IMG/VR virus record: IMGVR_UViG_3300031555_005516
Reading direction: 5' to 3' (one strand)
Source: a virus
DNA: 64,000 nt
Part shown: positions 9,326 to 19,834 of the stretch, in pieces
Layout: each line of letters begins with the position of its first letter
Position numbering within the stretch: the first letter of the stretch is position 1
Notes under the pieces: model-generated
The model's input: the letters and a program-made list of their open reading frames with translations, nothing else
Databases searched by the model: none
What the model was told of the DNA's origin: nothing
Program-made: the position numbers and the translations under genes

Positions 9326-9561
9326 ATGTTATCCTATAAGCTTTTTATCTTATAGTTCTATTACTTGTTATTTGTAATAGGTCAGCATATCTTTTCTATT
9401 AATTTTTCCAAAAAATTTTAATAGTCGCGGCCTCGTGGCGGGATTATATCTTTTCACCCGCTATGCGTTGCCCCTGACTATACTTAGTATAGCCTTCGGT
9501 TCTGATTCCCATTTCAGGGTTCCAGCTTAATTCCGCGATTTAAAGATGGCAGATCGGTTTA

Positions 9562-9666
9562 CCATCCATTCTCTCCAAAGCCGTCTCCGAATCCTCCGTT
9601 TCCTCTGTTGCCACCTGTTACAGCAGCGATGTCGGATAATGAATATCCGTTTGAAGTGTTGAACAT
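9562..9666 (-). CDS. Small Gly-rich peptide (~35 aa)
   Basis: Strong RBS 'aaggaggacataatATG'. Encodes 'MFNTSNGYSLSDIAAVTGGNRGNGGFGDGFGENGW', TAA stop. Confidence 0.3.
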
Positions 9667-9706
9667 ATTATGTCCTCCTTTATAAAAAAATATTTATTTA
9701 GAATCA

Positions 9707-9952
9707 GAGTCCAAAATACTGCTTTTTGAATCTACTGAATTCTTTATCGAAATCAATACCCTACTCCTTAGCAAGATTACGCGCAAATTTTTCTATATCT
9801 GCCGTACGATTATCTTTTGCCATAGTTAATAGGTTGCCAATGATTGGGTTCTGTGAAGCTTCTCCTTCAAGAATATCAATCATAAGTTGCTCAGGATTTT
9901 TACCCTGACGCATTTGCATTAATAAGTATGCAGGATCTACATTATAAGCCAT
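9707..9952 (-). CDS. Hypothetical protein (1 in-frame TAG)
   Basis: Track ORF 9761..9952 ends on TAG. Read-through runs 17 codons further to a TGA near 9704-9706. Confidence 0.35.
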
Positions 9953-9969
9953 TATATACCTCCTTATAG

Positions 9970-10428
9970 ATTAAATGTTTTTACAGTTTGTGGCTTAGGC
10001 GCGGGACCAGCTTCAGTATTCTTTTCCTAGACTAAGCTTTCTTTAAATCTGGCTAATATTTCATCAAGCTCATCTTTAGTAACGTATACTGGAGTCGAGG
10101 CGCTCTAATCGGCTCCGGCGCCGCTTAATTCAAAAATATTAAAAGCCGCAGTTCCATCCATATTTATCTGTTTGGTATAAATTTTCTTATTTCCCAGATC
10201 TGGAAAAACATAGAGCGAGCCATCTAAATCAATCTAACTAGCTCTTGCTTCATCGATTGAAACTACTGGGCGACCTTTAATATAATTTGGTTGCATCATC
10301 AAAGGCTGCGTGTAGGTTGGCTAAACTGGAGCAGTCATCTCTGCCACCTAAGAAGCTTGTCTTTGATAAGTTTGTGGCGCATAATAATACGCTGGCGCCT
10401 ACTGAGGTAGATTATTGAACATATTCAT
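9970..10428 (-). CDS. Hypothetical Gln/Tyr/Pro-rich protein with several in-frame TAGs
   Basis: RBS 'aaaggagaataaaaaATG' near 10428. Encodes 'MNMFNNLPQ*APAYYYAPQTYQRQAS*VAEMTAPV*PTYTQ...'. No TAA/TGA until about 9970. Confidence 0.35.
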
Positions 10429-10525
10429 TTTTTATTCTCCTTTCACTCTTGTTCAAGATTATATGAAAATTTAAATAGTGCTTTTATTAAATTTTGATAT
10501 AAATTTTGAAATTTAGCAGGTAATA

Positions 10526-10563
10526 AAAAAAGTTCTCATCAATATGATGAGAACTTCATTTTT
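10526..10563. terminator. Intergenic hairpin terminator
   Basis: 'gttctcatca-atatg-atgagaac' flanked by A/T runs on both sides. Confidence 0.5.
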
Positions 10564-10605
10564 TCTATTTTTATTCAAAATTTTAATATTTTATTTCTTT
10601 CAATA

Positions 10606-10645
10606 AAAAAAGAACTCATCGCTGAGTTCTTTTTATTTTTTATAT
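10606..10645 (-). terminator. Terminator downstream of the 622-aa gene
   Basis: 'agaactcatcgctgagttct' hairpin flanked by T-runs. Confidence 0.5.
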
Positions 10646-12508
10646 TCGTTCATCTGCTTTAGAAGCACTAATATTCATCATACCACTTGCATCAAGAGGA
10701 ATGGTAATAGAGTTTATCATAAACTCTCCATCTATATCACTATTATCGTCTTTAATGTAAATTCTTGAATTTGGTTTTAAGTGATAAACGGGAATTGTCT
10801 ATAAAGAAACTGTATTTGCATAACTTGTATAAGTATGAAGCGCCGAGCGCACAGTTTCATAAGCAGAAACCTAAGCTACTCCTATTGAAACATAATTCTT
10901 AATATCGTCTGTTAAAACAATATATTTTTTACCAACTGGAGCAGCATCATCTTCATTAATAAACAATACTTCATCAAACTTAGGTTCAAAAACACAATTT
11001 ACAGCATTATCGTTTATAACTGTATTTCTCTATCCTATCTTTTCAGCAGACATATCCTTAATCATATTGTCTCCAACTAAAGATTTAGGATCTAGCATAT
11101 CTAAGAAATATTTTATAGAACTAGAACTAAGAGTATATTTCCATCCTGTTTTTCCATTTGCCGTCGCGCCATTAAAGCCAATATCAAATATCTTAGGGAA
11201 CTCTTCTTTAAACTCTTTAGCAAGATTGGTTTGAATACTATCTGCAATAATGCTTAAATAATATTGCTATTGCCAGTTAGATGCTTTAATTGCATTTTCA
11301 GGTTTATCATTGGCAGAATATCTAGTCACTTTTTTTGCTTTGATATTGCCAAGATAGTCAATCTCTACATCATCAATAGTAAACCAGTCTCGCTCCTCTG
11401 GAGGAGTATCTATAATCAAATGATATCTCACTGGCGCCTATTTATCTTCAGCCTTTCCCCAAATAATAATATCATTTTTAATATTTGTATATTGAGGTGA
11501 GTTATTGTAAGACGTAATTAAAGCATTGTTTTCAAAAGAATATTCCACTTTACCATTAGATAAATTCTTTAAATACTTTTCATTAATAGCTTCATTTAAA
11601 TCGTCAATAGAACTACCTTCATTCAAATAGTTTTTGATTTCTTTAAAATGAAATATACCATTTTCATCAAAGTAATATTCATAATTACCTAGAGCGTTTT
11701 TAATCTTGTCTAATACTGAAGTTACTGTTTCTCCAGCTTTAGATTCAAGAGTTCCAGGATAAGTAAACTTTTCTTTTTTATATCCTAAATTCTCTTGGTT
11801 TTTAAACAGTAAAGCTCCTTCTTGAGGAATAGAAGTTAATTTATATCTATCATTTTCGATAGGAATCATAAAAATATTTCCTAAACCAGTCCATCTTACA
11901 ACAGCTTTAAATTCATCTTCAATATCTTCTATCATTATTTTATCTTCTGGTATACCACCCATTTCACTTACCAATTCATGAATTAAAGTAGTAAATAAAA
12001 CAGGCTCTTCATCACCGTTTTCAACAGCAATAGGCGAGTGTATGAGTGCACTTGTGAAGCGTCCGCCGCAATCTCCATTAAGCAACGACATTTTATCACT
12101 TATAGAAACTGAAATAGAAATATTCTAAGCGTTGTTTGATACCGATGCGCTTTTAATTACAAAAACACCTTGATTAAACCAAAAGTAATCATAATCTAAA
12201 TATTGATTATCTGTATTGCGCAAACCAATCTCTATCTTCACCCTTTTATTAATTGATATAAGATTCTCAATATCGGTCACGTGCGCAATTGCATCATCTG
12301 GATCATTAGCAATAGAAATAAGTGAAACGGAACCAGTTCGTCTAACCACTGATTTTGCATTAACATTGATACTTCCTCCTGTCGCCAATCCAGAGATACT
12401 TTTTAAAGGAATATCTTTATCATTTAAAATAGTAAGTCTTACATACTATTCTTTAATTAATAAAGAGTCTATATAGTTTAAAATATCTTTATTATAATAA
12501 TATCTCAT
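10640..12508 (-). CDS. Hypothetical structural protein (~622 aa), TAG-recoded
   Basis: RBS 'aaaggagggtattATG' at 12508. Track fragments 12125..12388 and 11438..12091 are in one frame and joined through TAGs. I scanned 12061-12180 and found no TAA/TGA. True stop TAA at 10640-10642. Confidence 0.45.
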
Positions 12509-12520
12509 AATACCCTCCTT

Positions 12521-14208
12521 TATTAAGAGAAGTATTTTTGATAAGATACACCGTTTGCTTCTGCTACTTCAGTAGCTAAAGCTGAAAATGAATAAATCAT
12601 TCTACCTAACTCTTCTTTTGGTGTTAAAGAAATATTTGTTAAATAAACAAAAATATTTCCTTCTGGGGCAGATTTGAAAAGTTTTACATCAGGAGAATAT
12701 AAGAATTCTAATACATTGTCTCTAAAATTCTTTTCAAGTGCAAAATCAAGCGCCTTAGGGTCAAGGTTAGCCGCCTAATATTGCTCTTTCAACCCAGTAG
12801 AAATAAAGTCTTCATTTCCTTCATCATTAAATCCAAGTGTTATTAAACCATTTATAGTAAAACTTCTATAATCCTAAATACCATTTCTCATTACCTTGGG
12901 ATAACGTGCGCCTAAAGTTGGAGTTAACTTATCTATACTATTTCTCTTTAACCCAGATACTTTTGGATCATACTAAATACGCAATGATTTATCTTTAGTA
13001 CAAAGAACCATATGATCATAATCAATACATATTAATTCTTTAGTAGTAATGCCATTTTCTTTATAGTAATACTCATAAGGAACACCTATTTCAAGTGTTT
13101 TATCTATATAGTCATTAACGTTTTTTGCAACTCTCTCAATTTTATTTGTAAGTATATTTTTTCTTACTAAAGAAAATTTATTCGTATAAGTATTTTCTTT
13201 AATCCATTGAGTTAACTCTTCATTATCTGAAGGGATAATAATTTCAATAGATTTAAAAGTATCATCAATCCAATATTCCTCAATTTCTCCAGTTGTCCCA
13301 AACGCATTATGATAATAATAAACCATTGTATTATCATAATATAGCTCTTTGATTAAATCTGATCCACCTTCATTCCATGTAAATCTCATAGATGAAAATT
13401 TAATATTATTAGATATAAAGCTTATTATCCCAGAAATATCGCCGTATTGACCAGACCCATAGGGAGAGCTATAAAATTTTTGTATTTTACTAATAAAGCT
13501 AAGAGTATCTAATTCTTGTTCTGCTTTTTTTGCTACTTCACTCTCTGGTGACCATTCTCCGGGATATTCCGACCATGTTGTTGTATTTGATAAAGTAAAG
13601 CCTGATTTTGCCACATATTTTCTCATTATCTTAAAGAGATATTCCATTTTATCAATTGGAGTAGTATCTAAAACATGTGTCCAGACTTCTGCTTCATAGT
13701 ATCGAGTTTCTGGTTCAATTAGATACTTGTCTTCTGCATATGAATATAATGAAATCTCTTGATAGAGCACATCAGTTAATCCTTCCACCTAATTTGATAA
13801 ATAAGAAGATATATCAAGAGTTGAATCAGCTGGCATATAATTTTCTCCAGCAAGATATATTCCGTCGATAATAATCTTTTCTATAGTATCACTCCATACT
13901 GAATGATATTGCTTGTTATTGGAATCTTCAAGCCATTGCTATACATCTGAAATATCCTAGTTTTTCGCAATAGTTATTGCCTAAATTCTTATTTTACCAT
14001 CTTGCAAGGTTATACTATTATTAGATACGTTCTATAACGCAATATTGGTTTCCCATTTGTTTTCGTCTTTATTCCACGTCTATAATTTTACTATTATTCG
14101 ACCTGTGTCGACATTAACAGTATGCAAAAATTCAATAGGAACGATACTGCTAGTGCAAGAATATGTTTCATCTATTATTGGAGGATACAAAATTTTTGTA
14201 TCTATCAT
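12521..14208 (-). CDS. Hypothetical structural protein (~562 aa), TAG-recoded
   Basis: RBS 'aggagtgattatATG' near 14208. Track fragment 12973..13788 is in the same frame. Multiple in-frame TAGs. Ends '...GVSYQKYFS*' with TAA near 12521. Confidence 0.4.
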
Positions 14209-14245
14209 ATAATCACTCCTTTTATCTCTTTATAAATTCTTTATA

Positions 14246-14740
14246 TCAGTCTTTATGAACTGGGATTACAGTAATAGTAGGAAGTGCACTAATCTCTTCT
14301 ACCATTTTTTTCGCCCATCCATTGCCGCCTTCTTTATTATATATTTTATAGCGCTGTAAAATCAGGTCTAAACTCTAGCTGTCAATGCATTGAAGCGCAA
14401 TCCACTTTTCATGTTGCTCTTTTATCCAAGCTTTAGTATTAAGCATATCTGACTCTGTCAATTGCTCAATTAATTCTTTCTATTGAGAAACAATTACCTT
14501 TAAATCAACGATATCAGATTCCATTTTTTTAACTCTTTCTTCAAGTTTACTTTTTTCAAATTGCTCTTCTTCAGCTTCAACACCTTCCTGATATCCCCTT
14601 TGTTCATTCTCTTGTGCAAAAGCCTATCTTTGTTTCCAAAGCTTTTTACACCAAGAGATAAAATTAACTATGGATGGAATAGCTATAAGTAAAATAACAA
14701 TGATGCCAGTCACACCATAGGTTGTTAATAATTCGACCAT
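14246..14740 (-). CDS. N-terminally membrane-anchored coiled-coil protein (2 in-frame TAGs)
   Basis: RBS 'aaaggaggatttgacaacaATG'. Encodes 'MVELLTTYGVTGIIVILLIAIPSIVNFISWCKK...' then heptad-like charged repeats. TGA stop at 14246-14248. About 165 aa. Confidence 0.4.
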
Positions 14741-14815
14741 TGTTGTCAAATCCTCCTTTGCATAAATGTTTTCTATTTATATATAAAAAATGTTATAAAT
14801 AAATTAAATAAAATA

Positions 14816-14844
14816 GATAGCAGGCGGCTAAGGCCTGCTATCTG
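14816..14844 (-). terminator. Terminator after the small Cys-rich peptide gene
   Basis: 'atagcaggc-cttagcc-gcctgctat' hairpin followed by a T/A-rich run on the minus strand. Confidence 0.5.
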
Positions 14845-14858
14845 AAACATAGCTTGAT

Positions 14859-14978
14859 TATACTTTGTTTTTCTTCTTCAAATGCTTATAGCACGCACAT
14901 AAGGCGCCCATAGTCATAGTAGAAACTGCTGTAATAATCGCACAAGCGATACATATAGGACAGGTAAAACACATCATA
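14859..14978 (-). CDS. Small hydrophobic Cys-rich peptide (39 aa)
   Basis: RBS 'ggaggattagattATGATG'. Encodes 'MMCFTCPICIACAIITAVSTMTMGALCACYKHLKKKNKV', TAA stop. Confidence 0.4.
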
Positions 14979-15007
14979 ATCTAATCCTCCAATATAGAAT
15001 TTTTATT

Positions 15008-15322
15008 TTAGAAGAAAAATACTCCCGCTCGTATTAACATATAAAAATTATTTATAATAACTATAAGATACAATATTGTCACAAGCCAAGCCTCCCAAGA
15101 CAGCCTCTTATCAGCTTTAATAATAAGGCCAAGAGCTAACAATAAAATTGGCATAATAATTAATTTTAGCCATCCACAATCGGCTGCAAACATAAGGCGC
15201 CCTATTGGATTGAGCTCAACGCCAAGTCCAAAAAGTCCTATGGCGTATGCTGTTTGGCAATAATCAATTATGTTAAAAATGGACGTTATTATCAATAATA
15301 TAATAGTTGTAGTCATTATCAT
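15008..15322 (-). CDS. Small polytopic membrane protein (holin-like or GtrA/flippase-like)
   Basis: Intact 104-aa ORF with about three hydrophobic segments. Lies directly downstream of the GT2 gene. Confidence 0.45.
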   Translation of the reverse strand: MIMTTTIILLIITSIFNIIDYCQTAYAIGLFGLGVELNPIGRLMFAADCGWLKLIIMPILLLALGLIIKADKRLSWEAWLVTILYLIVIINNFYMLIRAGVFFF

Positions 15323-15363
15323 CCCTCCATTGTAAAAAATTGGGGTTCTGTTAAATCTTGTTT

Positions 15364-16344
15364 TTACACCATTGCTTCAACTTGCTTAATCCACTCGTTA
15401 AAAGTAAGCGTTTCAAGTACCATACCTTCAGCATACATCCGATTCTTAATTCCCATAATAATCTGAGCTTTTATATCTTGAGGAATTTCATCATGCAACT
15501 TTTTATACTTTAGCCAATACTCCTTAAAGCGTCTCTCCGTTGCATAACGATAATTTTTATTCTCTTGATTTAGCCACTCGTCTTTATTCATTGTGAAATA
15601 TGCATCATAAATCATGCCTACTACATAGAATTGAGCATCCTCTTTTCTCTTGCGATTTAAGAATTGAGTTACAAGAGCATCATTACTATCAAGCATATTG
15701 TTATAGGTTTTTAAAATATACTTTGGATCATGGCGGCAAACCGAAGCATCGCGCCAACGCCACAAATAGAATGAAGTCTGAGAATACTTCAACTCTTTTG
15801 CAAGTCTCTGACATAGACAATTAAAATAACTATCCTCGTGAATCGTCAACTTATCATTCCAACGAATATTATTATCAATAAGGTATTGTCTACGATGCAC
15901 TTTTCCATGCACAAAAGTAGAATCCATATCGTGATTGATATAAAGCGGTTCTTTAGTATCTGGAATATGAGACTCTTCAATGAATGCAGATACTAAACTA
16001 TCAAAGCCACCATTCTCTATTTCACGGAAGATGATGTATAAGCCGCAAGCATTGTAGAACATATCATCTGCATCACAGAACATTACATAATCTGCAGTTG
16101 CTTTATCAAGACAAGCATTACGAGTTGCAGAAACACCTTTATGTTCATTGAGATGATACTCAATTGGGAAAGAATATCTCTTAAAGAAGTCTTCTGATAG
16201 ATGGACATCAGTGCCATCATTTACTATAATGACACCAACATCTTCTTTTAGGTTTACATTTTGTTGAACCTCAATACTATCAAGTAATGGTTTAATAATA
16301 TCTTCCGTTTCTTTATACTGAGGTACTAAAATTTGTAATTTCAT
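15364..16344 (-). CDS. Family 2 glycosyltransferase
   Basis: Intact 326-aa ORF. 'ILVPQYKETEDI...VIIVNDGTD' plus the DxD-like 'MFCDADDMF' are typical of GT-A/GT2. Confidence 0.65.
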   Translation of the reverse strand: MKLQILVPQYKETEDIIKPLLDSIEVQQNVNLKEDVGVIIVNDGTDVHLSEDFFKRYSFPIEYHLNEHKGVSATRNACLDKATADYVMFCDADDMFYNACGLYIIFREIENGGFDSLVSAFIEESHIPDTKEPLYINHDMDSTFVHGKVHRRQYLIDNNIRWNDKLTIHEDSYFNCLCQRLAKELKYSQTSFYLWRWRDASVCRHDPKYILKTYNNMLDSNDALVTQFLNRKRKEDAQFYVVGMIYDAYFTMNKDEWLNQENKNYRYATERRFKEYWLKYKKLHDEIPQDIKAQIIMGIKNRMYAEGMVLETLTFNEWIKQVEAMV

Positions 16345-16376
16345 TTCCTTTTATCTCCTTTTATCTCTTTTAAATA

Positions 16377-17432
16377 TTATGTGAAGTTATATGAAAAAAT
16401 TCTATTTGAAAAGAAAACCCAGTTAGTTGCAGCTTTATAAGAAGCAAGTAAGGAGGCCGGAACGAAGATTGAGCCTTTGTTTGACCAGATACTAGTTTGT
16501 GAAAAAGCGTCTGAGCCTTCTAAAAAACATACTGTAGATGCAGCAAGATAAATAGAAGCAAGTTTTGAACAACGTAGGAATGCGTAAGAACTAATATTTG
16601 TAATTTTTGGAAAACTTACAGTCGTAAGGTTTGAACAGTTTTGGAATGCAGCGAGGTTAATAGCTGTAACTGCTGGAAAGCTCACTCCCGCAAGTTTTAA
16701 ACAACCTACAAAGGCAGAAGCACCAATAGTTGTAACCGCTGGAAAATTTACAGTTGTAAGGCTTGAGCAATATCGAAACGCATAGTCTCCAATAGTTGTA
16801 CATTGTGGAAAACTTACGCTTGTAAGGCTTGAGCAAGAATAAAACGCATAATTTCCAATAGTTGTTACTCTATCATTTGTATAAGTCGTCAAAGTTCTAG
16901 TTACTAGTCCATCTTCTGCACTTGTATCTCCGCCACTACTTCCACCTCCACTATTAGCAGTACCAACCACTCCAAAAATACTCTTGCCACTTACGATATT
17001 GCTCGCTACTAAATTAGCATCGCCTTTAATAGTTTGCACCCCAGTTAAATACTGTCCAGATGCAATTGTCTGATTAGTTGTACCAGGGATAATGGTTTGC
17101 GCAGCTTGAAATGCTAACTGTTTAGTTGCAGATTTAGTACCTGCCGCCACATAACCAGCAGTCTGAGTTGCAGTTGCAGTAATCAGTCCACTTGAATTAA
17201 CAGTAATACTCGGTGTTGCCTGTGTAGCCGTAGGCATTGCATTAACAGTTACCGTATCTAATCCATCATATCCGCTATCTGCAGTTACCGTTTGCTGACT
17301 CGTTGAAGGAGTTACTGTTTTATCTTGAAGAATAGGGTCGGTACCTCCCACATCGGGCAACTCATTAAGCTGTGTTATAATTTCCTCCAAAGAGGAATTG
17401 TTTGCTTGTAATTGCGTATTATAATTTGACAT
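16377..17432 (-). CDS. Tail fibre/receptor-binding protein with C-terminal BspA-type leucine-rich repeats
   Basis: Intact 351-aa ORF. The C-terminus has tandem ~22-aa repeats 'TTIGNYAFYSCSSLTSVSFPQC / TTIGDYAFRYCSSLTTVNFPAV / TTIGASAFVGCLKLAGVSFPAV'. The N-terminus 'MSNYNTQLQANNSSLEEIITQLNELPDVGG' is shared with the next two genes. Confidence 0.55.
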   Translation of the reverse strand: MSNYNTQLQANNSSLEEIITQLNELPDVGGTDPILQDKTVTPSTSQQTVTADSGYDGLDTVTVNAMPTATQATPSITVNSSGLITATATQTAGYVAAGTKSATKQLAFQAAQTIIPGTTNQTIASGQYLTGVQTIKGDANLVASNIVSGKSIFGVVGTANSGGGSSGGDTSAEDGLVTRTLTTYTNDRVTTIGNYAFYSCSSLTSVSFPQCTTIGDYAFRYCSSLTTVNFPAVTTIGASAFVGCLKLAGVSFPAVTAINLAAFQNCSNLTTVSFPKITNISSYAFLRCSKLASIYLAASTVCFLEGSDAFSQTSIWSNKGSIFVPASLLASYKAATNWVFFSNRIFSYNFT

Positions 17433-17451
17433 TTGTTAATCCCCCTTTACA

Positions 17452-17820
17452 TTATCCTTTCGATAAAGTTGCATCACCCGAAATAAAAAATCCTTGATGA
17501 CTTGTACCAGTACCAATTGAAGCGATGCTTCCAGAGATCTCAGACGCATATTCAACAAAAATTATACTATTTTTCATAACGATTACAGATTTACTCTGTC
17601 TAAAGGCGGGAAAACTAGATTGTTGAAGCGTTAAAGTGTCATCTATATAATAAACTATTTCGTCGCCCGTGGGTACGCCCATACTGGATAATGTAAGAGT
17701 ACAAGTTTCCAAGTCTCCTCCTCCGCCAGAACCTCCGCCAGCATCAGGAAGTGCGTTTGCCTTATCTATAAGTGCTTGGAGGTTGGTGTTATTTGTTTGT
17801 AATCTTGTTTTATTTGACAT
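17452..17820 (-). CDS. Short tail-fibre paralog (shared N-terminal module)
   Basis: Intact 122-aa ORF. 'MSNKTRLQTNNTNLQALIDKANALPDAGGGSGGGGD' parallels the N-termini of 16377..17432 and 17839..18945. Confidence 0.4.
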   Translation of the reverse strand: MSNKTRLQTNNTNLQALIDKANALPDAGGGSGGGGDLETCTLTLSSMGVPTGDEIVYYIDDTLTLQQSSFPAFRQSKSVIVMKNSIIFVEYASEISGSIASIGTGTSHQGFFISGDATLSKG

Positions 17821-17838
17821 TATTTATTTACCTCCTTA

Positions 17839-18945
17839 TTAACTACAGGTTATAGTACAATCGTTTTCATTTGGTAGTTGGATTACAAGACCGACATTTA
17901 CAATATTTACAGAATCTTGCATCACATGTAACAAATTGCCTCCATTGGAAACACTACAATTACTCATACCATAGTCGTTAAAAACCCCTATGTCGAAAGC
18001 AACTATGGTAATTACAGAGCCTTGTAGCGCATTAACAGTTATTGTAGATGTAGAATTAAGAAGGAAGTCACTTTTTTTTCCTATAATGGAATTATTTTCT
18101 AAAGAATTATAAAATATAATCCAAATACCATTAAATGATGAATTGCTGCTTATAGTTACAGTGCAAGTCTCTATGCTCCCTCCACCAGAGCCTCCGCTTG
18201 CTTTACTATCTAAGATAGTGCTTAACTCTGAAATTAAACTTTCTTGTTCAGTTAATTCAGTATCAAGATTTTCACTTCCGCTATGAGTTCCAGCTACTCC
18301 AAAAATGCTAACTCCAGAAGCAATATTTTCAGCTTTAAGATTTGCATCGCCTTTAATAGTCTGAGTGCCAGTTAAATAAATTCCACTTGATATTGTTTGA
18401 TTCGAAGTAGTAGGAGTATAAGTGGTCGCTGTTTTAGTGGTCAATTGTTTAGTTCCACTCTTAGTTCCTGAAGCTACATATCCCGCGCTCTGTGTGGCAC
18501 TTGCTGTAATTAAACCACTGGCGCTAACCGACACTGTAGGAGTTGCTTGAGTAACAGTAGCTACAGACTTACTTGCGTTACTTGCATAATATCCTGCGGG
18601 AACCGTAACCGTAGAACCGCTTGCAGTTAAATCACTTGATGTTTTAGTAGCAATTGAACCAGTAATCTTATTACCTTCACCATCAATAGCTTCTTTTCCA
18701 CTAAGAATGTCTGTAGCACTTGCAGGATTATCAAGAGTAGGAAGAACTGTTCCTCCTGAGCCGCCAGCCTTACCATCAAGCGCAGTCATAATCTGTTCAA
18801 TTAACTCGGTCTGCGCATCAACCTCACTATTAGCCGCAGTAGTATCAGATATTAAATCATCAAGACTCTTTTCCTCAGTAGCGCCACTTAGCGTTCTCAC
18901 TTCATCTGCTAATGTAGTCATTTTTTCATTAAATCCCATTACCAA
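17839..18945 (-). CDS. Tail-fibre paralog
   Basis: Intact 368-aa ORF. An internal ~95-aa block 'VTQATPTVSVSASGLITASATQSAGYVASGTKSGTKQL...LTGTQTIKGDANLKAENIASGVSIFGVAGT' is closely similar to 'ATQATPSITVNSSGLITATATQTAGYVAAGTKSATKQL...LTGVQTIKGDANLVASNIVSGKSIFGVVGT' in 16377..17432. Confidence 0.5.
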   Translation of the reverse strand: MVMGFNEKMTTLADEVRTLSGATEEKSLDDLISDTTAANSEVDAQTELIEQIMTALDGKAGGSGGTVLPTLDNPASATDILSGKEAIDGEGNKITGSIATKTSSDLTASGSTVTVPAGYYASNASKSVATVTQATPTVSVSASGLITASATQSAGYVASGTKSGTKQLTTKTATTYTPTTSNQTISSGIYLTGTQTIKGDANLKAENIASGVSIFGVAGTHSGSENLDTELTEQESLISELSTILDSKASGGSGGGSIETCTVTISSNSSFNGIWIIFYNSLENNSIIGKKSDFLLNSTSTITVNALQGSVITIVAFDIGVFNDYGMSNCSVSNGGNLLHVMQDSVNIVNVGLVIQLPNENDCTITCS

Positions 18946-19727
18946 GTCGCCTCCTCTGCTACTGTCGTGTCAAGATAGTTCTGCGCAATAGGTTCAACTA
19001 CTGCAGGATCACCGCTTGCTAAACCATCAATGTACGCAATTAATTGACTAAGTTTTGTTTCGGTAAGAACTGTATTACCTACCTTAATAGCTGGAACATC
19101 ATTTGATCCATCCCATGCTGTCGTAACACTAAATCTATCGGATGTTTCTCTTAGCGCCCTACCTGCGCCTACCGTTGTTAATTCTTCATCCATTAAAAAG
19201 GTAATTATACCATTAGAATCATTATTAATCGTCCAATTTCCTCTATTAAAAGTTATACTAACAGTATAAGTAGTCGTATCTTCCATTCCTCCAGAATAAT
19301 TACTAACGGTAAAGGTCTCTGAGTAAAAGGTTCCTTCCATAGTGTATGCGGGTACTTCTAAAGTTCTATCAAAATACTGGTAATAAGGAAGATTTCCAGT
19401 ACCGCTATAATTAATAGTATTGTTTTTAACCCTAATTTTTAATGGAACAATACAAGCTTGGTCATAAGTTTGCTCATCTAAAAGAGGAAGATTTGGAGCG
19501 TCTCCATATATTTCTGTAGTTTCACTAGAACCATTATTAGCAAAAGGCAATGCATTTACATTACTAGTGCCATCACCTATTTTAAAACGCTCATAATTGT
19601 AATTCGCGTCAATATCATAAATAATTATTTCTCCCTGCTTAGGGATAAAGTTTGTGGCTTTAAGCCAATTCTCTTCGGTATCGTGCTTATGCACAATACG
19701 AAATTTTAATGCTTCAGTTGTAGCCAT
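18939..19727 (-). CDS. Tail-fibre protein with HylP-like N-terminal domain
   Basis: Intact 262-aa ORF. The N-terminus 'LKFRIVHKHDTEENW...PKQGEIIIYDIDANYNYERFKIGDGTSNVNALPF' matches the conserved N-terminal module of Gram-positive phage fibres/HylP ('R..DT..NW....L..GE.G.E.DTG..KIGDG....L.Y'). Confidence 0.5.
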   Translation of the reverse strand: MATTEALKFRIVHKHDTEENWLKATNFIPKQGEIIIYDIDANYNYERFKIGDGTSNVNALPFANNGSSETTEIYGDAPNLPLLDEQTYDQACIVPLKIRVKNNTINYSGTGNLPYYQYFDRTLEVPAYTMEGTFYSETFTVSNYSGGMEDTTTYTVSITFNRGNWTINNDSNGIITFLMDEELTTVGAGRALRETSDRFSVTTAWDGSNDVPAIKVGNTVLTETKLSQLIAYIDGLASGDPAVVEPIAQNYLDTTVAEEATW

Positions 19728-19834
19728 AATATACTATCTCCTTTTCAAGTATTAAATTCTTGAGTTATCACTTTCAAACTCAAGTGGCTTTTAAAAGAGG
19801 GTGGGTAGAATTACCCACCCTTATGTGTATTTAA

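Noticed and set aside
9094-9327. ORF 'MKGSFFFSYSLDGEE...' as the true protein of this locus
   Set aside because: The -1 frame carries the Gly-rich to Cys-rich sequence that continues uninterrupted into ORF 8555..8875. Frame A is probably only the initiation context, or reflects a frameshift or indel.
9420-9545. Suppressor tRNA in the GC-rich island
   Set aside because: I could not build an acceptor/D/anticodon/T cloverleaf. The candidate anticodon hairpin has a 5-nt loop, and CTA triplets lack U33/R37 context. Left as a search target only.
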